In this document: positions 9,312-16,745 of the stretch, piece after piece | Numbering within the stretch: the stretch's first letter is position 1 | Layout: each line of letters starts with the position of its first letter | Assembly (NCBI GenBank): GCA_945918815.1 | Contig: CAMEIU010000001.1 | Location: 1 to 56,951, forward strand | DNA from: an uncultured Clostridia bacterium | GTDB lineage: Bacteria > Bacillota > Clostridia > Oscillospirales > Oscillospiraceae | Length of the DNA: 56,951 bases | Direction of reading: 5' to 3' | Translations under genes and position numbers: made by a program | Notes under the pieces: model-generated | What the model saw: the letters and a program-made list of their open reading frames with translations, nothing else | The model's database searches: none | Told to the model about the DNA's origin: nothing

Positions 9312-11963
9312 TTACAGGCCCAGGACCTTGGAAAGCTGCTCCAATGCGCCGTCCAGTTCCTTGTCGGTGAAGCAGTAGCGCGGCTCGGTGAAGTTGGCGC
9401 GGAGGGCCTTGACTTCTTCGCCCACTTCTTTGCCGTGCAGGACGCAGTCGGCGATCAGGTTGGCCAGGGTGCGGAACTCGTCGGGACCGAAGCCGAAGCG
9501 GGTCATCTCGGAAACGCCCATGCGCAGGGCGCCGGAGGCGGTGAAGCCTTCTTCATTGGGCGTGGCCTGATAGTTGACGATGATGTTGTTCCGCTCCAGA
9601 CGCTCGGCCACCTCGGGGCCGCAGCCGTAGCCGACGCTGGCGATGACCTGATGGGTCTCGGTGTAGCCCATGCTGGGATCGCCCGCCACATCCAGACCGG
9701 CTTCCTTCAGGCTCTGGGCGAAGGACTTGGCATTGCGGATGACGGCGCTCTGATACTCGTCCTTGAAGCAGTTCATCTCGTAGGCCGCCATCAGCTGGCC
9801 CACCAGAGTGCCCAGATGGTGGTTGGAGACGCTGCCGGGGAAGGTGCGGGTCTCGATGGTCTCCCACAGGCCGTACTTCAGGTCTTCCTTCTTCCAGTTG
9901 ACGCCGATGACGCCGCGCTGGGGACCGAAGAAGGTCTTGTGGGTGGAGCCGGTTACAATCTCCGCACCCTCTTTGAAGGGCTCCTGGAAGTGCTTGCCCA
10001 CCAGACCCAGGACGTGGGCCATATCATACATGATGGTAGTGGGGATGTTCTGCTCGTCTACAAACTGGCGGATCTCGGCCACAGGCTCCTTCCGCAGGAC
10101 CATGGACTTGCCGAAGATGATCAGCTCGGGCTTGTACTGGTCGATGACGGTCTTGGTGGCCTCCACGTCGATGCGGTAGGGATCGTCGGCGCAGACGGGG
10201 AAGTTGACGACCATGGGCTTCTCGGTGACGGGATCCACGGCCACGTAGTCATGGAGGGCGCCCATGGGCTGGGCGCTCAGGTGGCCGCCGCGGATGATGT
10301 GGTTGTTGAGGATGTAGCCCAGGCGGACGGGGTTGCGCTTGCGGTCCACGCGGTTCTTGAAGTCCATCAAAGCGGAGAACACGGCCATGTTGGACATCTG
10401 GCCGGACAGCACGCGGGTCTCGGCCTCGGTGCAGCCCAGGTACTTGGCCATCTCGGCGGAGAGCAGCTGCTCCACATAGTCGATGAACTTGGTGCCCTGA
10501 TAGTAGAAGACCTCGCTGTCATAGAAGGCCTTGACCTTCTTGTGCTCGGCGTAGCGGCCGGCGGGATCGGCGGCGCACAGCAGACGCACGGCGGGGGAGG
10601 GGGTCATCTCGGAGGGAATCAGGTTGATGCAGTCCCGCTGCCGCCAGGTGTGGTTTTCGGCGGCCTTGGCCAGCAGCTCCTGGGCCTTGGCGGCGTAGTT
10701 CTCGGCAGGGGCGGCGGCGTCCTCTTCCTCAGGCCGCCACAGAATGGGACGGGCGAAGGGAGGCGCATCGTTGCGCATATGATAGGGAACCACGACCGCG
10801 TCCATGCGCTTGCCGCGGATGTCGATCTGTACATGGTCGTCGTCCAGCAGGTCGCTCTTCAAATAAGCCAGACCGATGGAGCGGCGGGACTTCTCGTCGA
10901 GGATGGTGGTGTCCAGGCCCTCGCCCTCGGTGGTAAAGTAGGGCACCATGGTGCCGGAGGTCACATAGCCCACTTCTTCGCCATTGCGGTACACGGGGAA
11001 GCCGGCGCGGAGAACGCCGCGCTCCAGCAGAGCGATGGGACGGATCTTATAGGGCAGGTCGGCGATATGGCTGAAGTCCCGGTTCATGATCTCCCGGAAG
11101 GCGGCAGCCTGCTTCTCCAGGGGCGCGCGGCCGATGAAGTCGCCCTTGGCCGGGGCGAAGCTGACGGCGAATTTCGCCAGGGGCACGGCAAAGATCTGGG
11201 TGTCCTCGCCGTACTTGTTGATGCCCATCTCATGGCCGTAGAGGGGCAGACCGGCTTCCAGACGCAGGGTGTCGCGGGCGCCGAGACCGGCGGGGCGGGC
11301 GCCCAGGTCCATCAGACGCTTCCAGAAATAGGCCGCGTCTTCGGAGGGCACATACATTTCATAGCCCAGAGGCTCGCCGGTATAGCCGGTCTTGGCCAGA
11401 CGGACGGTGCGGCCGTCGATGGTCTGGGTGCTCAGAGCGTTCCGGACGGGCTCCGCCGTGGGCTGCGCGCCGTTCAGCATGGAGATAAGCAGGTCCTTGG
11501 ACTTGGGACCCTGGACGGCGATGGCGGCCAGCTTGTCGCTGATGTTCTCAATGGTCACGTCGTAATCCTTGGCCACGGCTTCCAGATGGGCCAGGTCCTT
11601 GTCGATGTTGGCCGCGTTGATGACCAGGAAGTAATTGCCCTCTTCAAACCGGTACAGATACGCGTCGTCCACAGCGCCGCCGGTCTCGTTGGGAATGATG
11701 CAGTACTGGGCCTGGTTCAGATCCAGGGCAAGCACGTTGCTGGAGAGGACATGCTGCAGAAATGCCACCTGATCCGGACCGGAGATCACCAGCCGGCCCA
11801 TGTGGGACACATCAAACAGGCTGCAGAAGTTCCGGGTGTACAGGTGCTCCTCCACGATGCCGCTGGGATACTGGATGGGCATGTCCCAACCGCCGAAGTC
11901 CACCATGGTGGCCCCCAGCTCCACATGGACGTCATGGAGAATGGTACGTTTCAATTCGCTCAA
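9312..11963 (-). CDS. gcvT: Fusion protein: aminomethyltransferase (glycine cleavage T protein) + serine hydroxymethyltransferase-like domain
   Basis: 883 aa uninterrupted ORF with a TTG start and AGGAGG 7 nt upstream. The N-terminal half has FDVSHMGRL, GYTGEPLGYE and RDTLRLEAGLPLYGHE. The C-terminal half has CINLIPSEMTPSP, GSTHKTFFGPQRG (PLP lysine) and FPGSVSNHHLG. Confidence 0.85.
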   Translation of the reverse strand: MSELKRTILHDVHVELGATMVDFGGWDMPIQYPSGIVEEHLYTRNFCSLFDVSHMGRLVISGPDQVAFLQHVLSSNVLALDLNQAQYCIIPNETGGAVDDAYLYRFEEGNYFLVINAANIDKDLAHLEAVAKDYDVTIENISDKLAAIAVQGPKSKDLLISMLNGAQPTAEPVRNALSTQTIDGRTVRLAKTGYTGEPLGYEMYVPSEDAAYFWKRLMDLGARPAGLGARDTLRLEAGLPLYGHEMGINKYGEDTQIFAVPLAKFAVSFAPAKGDFIGRAPLEKQAAAFREIMNRDFSHIADLPYKIRPIALLERGVLRAGFPVYRNGEEVGYVTSGTMVPYFTTEGEGLDTTILDEKSRRSIGLAYLKSDLLDDDHVQIDIRGKRMDAVVVPYHMRNDAPPFARPILWRPEEEDAAAPAENYAAKAQELLAKAAENHTWRQRDCINLIPSEMTPSPAVRLLCAADPAGRYAEHKKVKAFYDSEVFYYQGTKFIDYVEQLLSAEMAKYLGCTEAETRVLSGQMSNMAVFSALMDFKNRVDRKRNPVRLGYILNNHIIRGGHLSAQPMGALHDYVAVDPVTEKPMVVNFPVCADDPYRIDVEATKTVIDQYKPELIIFGKSMVLRKEPVAEIRQFVDEQNIPTTIMYDMAHVLGLVGKHFQEPFKEGAEIVTGSTHKTFFGPQRGVIGVNWKKEDLKYGLWETIETRTFPGSVSNHHLGTLVGQLMAAYEMNCFKDEYQSAVIRNAKSFAQSLKEAGLDVAGDPSMGYTETHQVIASVGYGCGPEVAERLERNNIIVNYQATPNEEGFTASGALRMGVSEMTRFGFGPDEFRTLANLIADCVLHGKEVGEEVKALRANFTEPRYCFTDKELDGALEQLSKVLGL

Positions 11964-12015
11964 AGAAACCGCCTCCTAATACATTGTTTTCGGATTTCAG
12001 ATTAAGTGTTTAAGT

Positions 12016-12058
12016 AAAAAAATAAAACGGAGTGCGCCCAGAAAGACGCACTCCGTTT
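12016..12058 (-). terminator. Riboswitch expression-platform terminator
   Basis: Minus strand reads AAACGGAGTGCG(TC)-TTTCTGG-GCGCACTCCGTTT followed by TATTTTTTT. The 5' arm overlaps the 3' end of aptamer 2. Confidence 0.8.
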
Positions 12059-12210
12059 GCTTACCTGAAAGATTCTCCCGCCAGGCGGGATTGCTTCGTC
12101 GGTGTCCCATGGTTTGGGACTTTCCGGAGGACCATCTGGACCCAGTTCCTTTGCCTGAGAGTTTACTGCAACTGCCCCTTCGGCGCCGCTTTCGCGATCT
12201 CTCCCAGATC
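12056..12210 (-). promoter_or_regulatory. Tandem glycine riboswitch (aptamer 1 canonical, aptamer 2 more divergent)
   Basis: Aptamer 1 on the minus strand: CTGGGAGAG...GCGCCGAAGGGGCAG...CTCAGGCAAAGGAAC. Aptamer 2: CTCCGGAAAG...GACACCGACGAAGCAA...TTCAGGTAAGCAAACGGAG. Located upstream of gcvT. Confidence 0.85.
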
Positions 12211-12320
12211 CATCATACGGTTCACACTATTTTATTTACGTTCCTATGATAAACAAAAATTTTCCTCCTGTCAAGCGCGGGATTGCCGGATTTGGCATTT
12301 TGTACTGGGTTCCCGGTTCA

Positions 12321-12349
12321 TTGACAAACCGGCTGGGACGTGTTACGAT
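12321..12349 (+). promoter_or_regulatory. Sigma-70-type promoter for the XdhC-like gene
   Basis: TTGACA, 17 nt spacer, TACGAT, with TGT immediately upstream of the -10. Confidence 0.55.
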
Positions 12350-12387
12350 ATACCAATAAACATAGTGCGTTGCAGTGAAAGGATGGT

Positions 12388-13311
12388 GTGCGGATGCGGG
12401 AGGAATGGAAGAAAATCTGGGAAGCGGTCCAGAGCGGCGCCCCGGCCACACTGGAATTGGAGGCCGAGGGAACCCGGTATTACCGGAATTTCCGGCCCCG
12501 GGAGCGGCTGATTCTGCTGGGCTGCGGCCATGTGTCCCAGGCCGTCTGCGGCTATGCCGCCGGACTTGGCTTTTCCGTGACGGCGGTGGACGACCGGCCA
12601 TCCTTCGCCAACCGGACCCTGTTTCCGCAGGCGGAGGCAGTTTTGTGCGACGATTTTGCGAAAGCCATTGAGCGGCTGCACATCAACGAAAACGACTATG
12701 TGGCCGTGGTGACCCGGGGCCACCGCTGTGACGCCGACCGATTGCGGGCCATTATGCCGGGGCCGTTTCCCAGATACCTGGGCATGATCGGCTCCAAGCG
12801 GCGGGTGGCCGCCCTGTTTCAGATGCTGGAGGACGAGGGCTTCTCCGGGGAGACCCTGCACCGAATTCATTCCCCCATCGGACTTTCCATCGGGGCCCTG
12901 ACCGTGCCGGAGATCGCCATTTCCATTGCGGCGGAGCTGATTCAGACCAGACGGCAGGATGTGGACCCCCGCTCCAAGCAGTCCATCCTGACCCAGGAGG
13001 ACATGGATATCAAGCTGCTGGAATTCCTGGCCTGCGATGAGACGCCCAAGACCGTCATGGTGGTCTGTGAGACCCGCGGCTCCACGCCGGTGAAATCCGG
13101 GGCCATGATGGTCGTGGACCGGAACTACCACGCCGTGGGCACCATCGGCGGCGGCTGCGGAGAAAGCGCGGTGCTGCTGGATGCCTACAAGCTCATCGGC
13201 ACCGGCCAGACCCGCTGCGTCACCGTGAACATGAGCAACGACGTGGCAGAAGAAGAGGGCATGGTCTGCGGCGGCCAGATGAAGGTATTTCTGGCAGACG
13301 TCTCGGAATGA
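12388..13311 (+). CDS. XdhC/CoxI-family molybdenum-hydroxylase maturation protein with permuted domain order
   Basis: The Rossmann part (RLILLGCGHVSQAVCGYAAGLGFSVTAVDDRP) comes before the XdhC_CoxI-like part (VVCETRGSTPVKSGAMMVVD...GTIGGGCGE). Start is GTG 12388 or ATG 12394. Confidence 0.75.
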   Translation: MRMREEWKKIWEAVQSGAPATLELEAEGTRYYRNFRPRERLILLGCGHVSQAVCGYAAGLGFSVTAVDDRPSFANRTLFPQAEAVLCDDFAKAIERLHINENDYVAVVTRGHRCDADRLRAIMPGPFPRYLGMIGSKRRVAALFQMLEDEGFSGETLHRIHSPIGLSIGALTVPEIAISIAAELIQTRRQDVDPRSKQSILTQEDMDIKLLEFLACDETPKTVMVVCETRGSTPVKSGAMMVVDRNYHAVGTIGGGCGESAVLLDAYKLIGTGQTRCVTVNMSNDVAEEEGMVCGGQMKVFLADVSE

Positions 13312-13372
13312 ATGGACAATTGATCATTGACAATTGACAATAGGGGCGACCCTTGCGGTCGTGCGCCCGATT
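13311..13372. repeat. Family-C module followed by a gtaggggcgacccttgcggtcg hairpin
   Basis: aatggacaattgatcattgacaattgacaat + aggggcgacccttgcggtcgtgcgccc. The same hairpin occurs at 30618-30650. Confidence 0.75.
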
Positions 13373-13431
13373 TTTAAGCGGCACGCCCAATGGCCGCGCA
13401 TTTTATGATAAGGAAGGAACAGATCAATTCA

Positions 13432-14183
13432 ATGCTGAGTCAATTTTCGAGAACCGAGCTGCTGCTGGGCCATGAAGGCATGGAGCGGCTGCAAAACGCC
13501 CGGGTGGCCGTGTTTGGAATCGGCGGCGTGGGCGGATACACGGTGGAGGCCCTGGCCCGCAGCGGCGTCGGCGCCCTGGACCTGATCGACGACGACCGGG
13601 TGTGCTTGACCAACATCAACCGGCAAATTCTCGCCACCCGGAAGACCGTGGCGCAGTACAAGGTGGACGTGGCGGAACAGCGGATTTTGGACATCAATCC
13701 CAAGGCCGTGGTCCGCCCGAGACCGCGGACCAGTTCGATTTTACCCAGTACGACTATGTGGTGGACGCCATCGACACGGTCAAGGGAAAGCTGGAGCTGG
13801 TGATGCAGGCAGACCGGGCCGGAGTGCCCATCATCAGCTCCATGGGCGCGGGCAATAAAATGGACCCGACGGCCTTCGAGGTGGCGGACATCTACGAGAC
13901 GTCCGTGTGTCCCCTGGCCCGGGTCATGCGCCATGAATTGAAGAAGCGCGGCATCAAAAAGCTGAAGGTGGTCTATTCCAAGGAGGCCGCCATGACGCCC
14001 ATTGAGGACATGGCCATCAGCTGCAAGACCAACTGCATCTGCCCGCCGGGCACGGAGCGGAAGTGTACGGTCCGCCGCCAGGTCCCCGGCAGCAACGCCT
14101 TTGTCCCCCCGGTGGCCGGCCTGATCATCGCCGGTGAGGTGGTCAAGGATCTGACCGGCATCAGAGGCGAAGGAAAAGTATAA
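13432..14183 (+). pseudogene. tcdA: tRNA threonylcarbamoyladenosine dehydratase (ThiF family), reading frame broken near 13713-13720
   Basis: N-terminal part in one frame (VAVFGIGGVGGYTVEALARSGVGALDLIDDDRVCLTNINRQ...INPKAVVR). The rest is in another frame (PETADQFDFTQYDYVVDAIDTV...SSMGAGNK). About 7 residues appear to be missing at the junction. Confidence 0.75.
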
Positions 14184-14191
14184 ATATCGAA

Positions 14192-14262
14192 GCGCCCCCC
14201 GTGTTCCCTGTAGGGGCGGCTATCAGCCGCCCGCATGGAGCACGAGGGCGCTTTCGTTTTTT
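14192..14262 (+). terminator. Family-D hairpin (gtaggggcggctatcagccgcc core inside gcgccc.../...gagggcgc arms) plus T-tract; likely terminator between tcdA and rrf2
   Basis: Nested GC-rich stem followed by tttcgtttttt. Confidence 0.55.
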
Positions 14263-14693
14263 CAGATTACATAGTCGTCTCCCGGATTGTCCACCTGCAT
14301 CAGATCGGCGATGGTGAACCGGTCCAGATAATCGTTGATGACCTGGTCCAGCCCTTTCCACAGGGGCAGGGTGCGGCAGCGGGTCACGCGGGTGCAGGGG
14401 GCCGCGTCCTGCTCCAGGCAGGCCACCGGGGCCAGGGACCCTTCGGTCAGCCGGAGAATGCTGCCTACGGTAAACTGCTCCGGCGGTTTGCTCAGCCGGT
14501 AGCCGCCGCCTTTGCCCCGGAGCCCCGTCAAAACGCCGCCCTTGACCAGGGTCTTGACGATGCTCTCCAAATACTTCTCGGAAATCTCCTGCCGTTCCGC
14601 GATTTCCTTCAGCGGCACAAATTCCTCCGCCTGGTGCTCGGCCATATCGATCAGGACCCGCAATGCGTATCGTCCTCTGGTTGAAATCATCAT
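14262..14693 (-). CDS. Rrf2-family transcriptional regulator (CymR/IscR-like)
   Basis: MISTRGRYALRVLIDMA...VPLKEIAERQEISEKYLESIV...GLRGKGGGYRL. Start moved to ATG 14693 because the upstream GTG lies inside the SD (GAGGA). Confidence 0.85.
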   Translation of the reverse strand: MMISTRGRYALRVLIDMAEHQAEEFVPLKEIAERQEISEKYLESIVKTLVKGGVLTGLRGKGGGYRLSKPPEQFTVGSILRLTEGSLAPVACLEQDAAPCTRVTRCRTLPLWKGLDQVINDYLDRFTIADLMQVDNPGDDYVI

Positions 14694-14770
14694 AGGCTTG
14701 TTCCTCACTTCCTTTTACCTATTATAACGCATGGTAAATGGGAATTCAATGATTATTTCAAAAATCCCTA

Positions 14771-14799
14771 TTGACAAATGGTACGAGTGGGGCTATAAT
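14771..14799 (+). promoter_or_regulatory. Consensus sigma-70 promoter upstream of cysK
   Basis: TTGACA (14771-14776), 17 nt spacer, TATAAT (14794-14799). Confidence 0.7.
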
Positions 14800-14928
14800 C
14801 CCTATATACCTACTTGAAAGGTTGGTAAAGATGATACAAATGGTGCAGCGCAAACGATGTTGCCGCGGCAAACGGCGCTTCTGACATTCTGAATAAAACA
14901 AATCTCAAATTATTTGGAGGAATTGAGT

Positions 14929-15861
14929 ATGAGTAGAGTTTATACATCCGCGGATCAGCTGATCGGCAAGACCCCCCTGTTGGAGTTGACGCACATTGAA
15001 AAGAACGACGGCCTGGAGGCCAAGGTCCTGGGCAAGCTGGAATATTTCAACCCGGCCGGTTCCGTCAAGGACCGCATCGCCAAGGCCATGATCGACGACG
15101 CCGAGGCCAAGGGCCTGCTGAAGCCCGGCTCTGTGATCATTGAGCCCACCTCCGGCAACACCGGCATCGGCCTGGCCGCCGTGGCTGCCGCCCGGGGCTA
15201 TCGGATCATCATCGTCATGCCCGAGACCATGAGCGTGGAGCGCCGCCAGCTGATGAAGGCCTACGGTGCGGAGCTGGTCCTGACCGAGGGCGCCAAGGGC
15301 ATGAAGGGCGCCATTGCCAAGGCCGACGAGCTGGCCAAAGAGATTCCCGGCGGTTTCATCCCCGGCCAGTTTGTGAACCCGGCCAACCCCGCCGCCCACC
15401 GCGCCACCACCGGCCCGGAGATCTGGGAGGATACCGACGGAAAAGTGGACATTTTTGTGGCGGGCGTCGGCACCGGCGGTACCGTCACCGGCGTGGGTGA
15501 GTATCTGAAATCGCGGAATCCCGACGTCAAAGTGGTGGCCGTGGAGCCTGCCGGTTCCCCCGTGCTGTCCAAGGGCACGCCCGGCTCCCACAAGATTCAG
15601 GGCATCGGCGCAGGCTTTGTGCCTGACGTGCTGAACACCAAGGTCTATGACGAGATCATCACGGTCTCCAATGAGGACGCCTTTGCCGCCGGAAAACGCG
15701 TGGGCAAGGAAGAGGGCGTTCTGGTGGGTATTTCCTCCGGCGCAGCCGTCTGGGCGGCTATTGAGCTGGCAAAACGCCCGGAGAACAAGGGCAAGACCAT
15801 CGTGGCCCTGCTGCCCGACACCGGCGACCGGTATCTCTCCACCCCGCTGTTCGCAGAATAA
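14929..15861 (+). CDS. cysK: Cysteine synthase A (O-acetylserine sulfhydrylase)
   Basis: [15 protein letters not shown] (PLP lysine), [25 protein letters not shown] 14929 has GGAGG 8 nt upstream. Confidence 0.93.
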   Translation: MSRVYTSADQLIGKTPLLELTHIEKNDGLEAKVLGKLEYFNPAGSVKDRIAKAMIDDAEAKGLLKPGSVIIEPTSGNTGIGLAAVAAARGYRIIIVMPETMSVERRQLMKAYGAELVLTEGAKGMKGAIAKADELAKEIPGGFIPGQFVNPANPAAHRATTGPEIWEDTDGKVDIFVAGVGTGGTVTGVGEYLKSRNPDVKVVAVEPAGSPVLSKGTPGSHKIQGIGAGFVPDVLNTKVYDEIITVSNEDAFAAGKRVGKEEGVLVGISSGAAVWAAIELAKRPENKGKTIVALLPDTGDRYLSTPLFAE

Positions 15862-15871
15862 ACGAAAACAA

Positions 15872-15936
15872 ACGCACCCTCGCGCCCCGTGCGGGCGGCT
15901 GATAGCCGCCCCTACAGAAGGGCGCGAGGGTGCGTT
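15872..15936 (+). terminator. Family-D nested hairpin; probable terminator between convergent cysK and the PPTase gene
   Basis: acgcaccctcgcgcc...gcgggcggctgatagccgcccc...ggcgcgagggtgcgt followed by ttcttctatttt. Confidence 0.55.
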
Positions 15937-15939
15937 CTT

Positions 15940-16572
15940 CTATTTTGACAGGAGCGCCATCTCCGGCCGGGCCTCTGGGGTGCAGAGGCACAGGAAATAG
16001 TCTCCCAGCCGGTATTCGTGGAGGCGGTAGGGGGACCGGTCCAGGAGGGTGGCCTCCGGTGTCAGGGTGACGGCGAAGCTGTTCAGGGGCTGGGTCAGAC
16101 CGCGGCCCAGGGCCTTGAGATAGGCCTCCTTGGCAGTCCAAAGGCGGCCCAGGGCGTCCGGCTGTGCTTCCGGTTTCAGCCGCTCCAGGGCTTCGATCTC
16201 CAAAGGATGGAAGAACCGCCGGGCCATGGCTATGGTACACCGGGGCGGCTCCACGTCCACGCCGAGGGGAGAAGCCCCCACGGCGCAGACGGCCCAGGTT
16301 CCGCTGTGGCTCAGAGAGAAGTGCAGATCCGCCCGGTCCCTCAGCAGCGGCTTGCCCCAGGGATTTTCCGTGAAAATCTGGGCCTCCTGCGGCACGCCAG
16401 CCTGAATCAAAGCGTATTGCAGCAGCCACCCGGCACAGGCCGTCCTGGCCCCGTCCGCATCCCGGCGGCAGGCCAGGGCTTTTTTCTGCCGTGCCTCCGG
16501 CAGCAAAGGCAGCAGCTCCCGCCACTTACCGTCCAGCCAGGGACGGAGATCGAGAACGTAAAGTTTTGCCAT
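15940..16572 (-). CDS. 4'-phosphopantetheinyl transferase, Sfp type
   Basis: 210 aa; FSLSHSGTWAVCAV, GVDVE and WTAKEAYLKALG motifs. Confidence 0.85.
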   Translation of the reverse strand: MAKLYVLDLRPWLDGKWRELLPLLPEARQKKALACRRDADGARTACAGWLLQYALIQAGVPQEAQIFTENPWGKPLLRDRADLHFSLSHSGTWAVCAVGASPLGVDVEPPRCTIAMARRFFHPLEIEALERLKPEAQPDALGRLWTAKEAYLKALGRGLTQPLNSFAVTLTPEATLLDRSPYRLHEYRLGDYFLCLCTPEARPEMALLSK

Positions 16573-16588
16573 AAAGTCTCCTTATGCA

Positions 16589-16740
16589 GAAATTGGGATT
16601 TGCCGATGTGTTGTATCGCCTATGTAGGGCGCGGCGACCCGACGCGCCGTTTGGCAGTTGGTCATGGAACGCAGCCCCCTACAGCGGCACGTCCAGTGGC
16701 CTTGCCCTACAGAAAGCGGTCCATCAACATCCCAATTTGT
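16589..16740. repeat. Family-A element, complete with terminal inverted repeats (reverse orientation)
   Basis: gaaattgggatttg...gtagggcgcggcgacccgacgcgccgtttggcagttg...cggcacgtccagtggcc...catcccaatttg. Confidence 0.85.
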
Positions 16741-16745
16741 GAATG

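Noticed and set aside
9303-12005. 900-aa ORF on the + strand, and similar long antisense ORFs: 5899-7383, 7380-8807, 24750-27080, 50504-52021, 52898-54226, 45975-47129, 37287-38480, 39480-40574
   Set aside because: Each lies exactly opposite a well-supported gene. The translations are low-complexity G/A/V/H/L/R-rich strings with no recognisable motifs. They are the shadow ORFs expected in GC-rich coding DNA.
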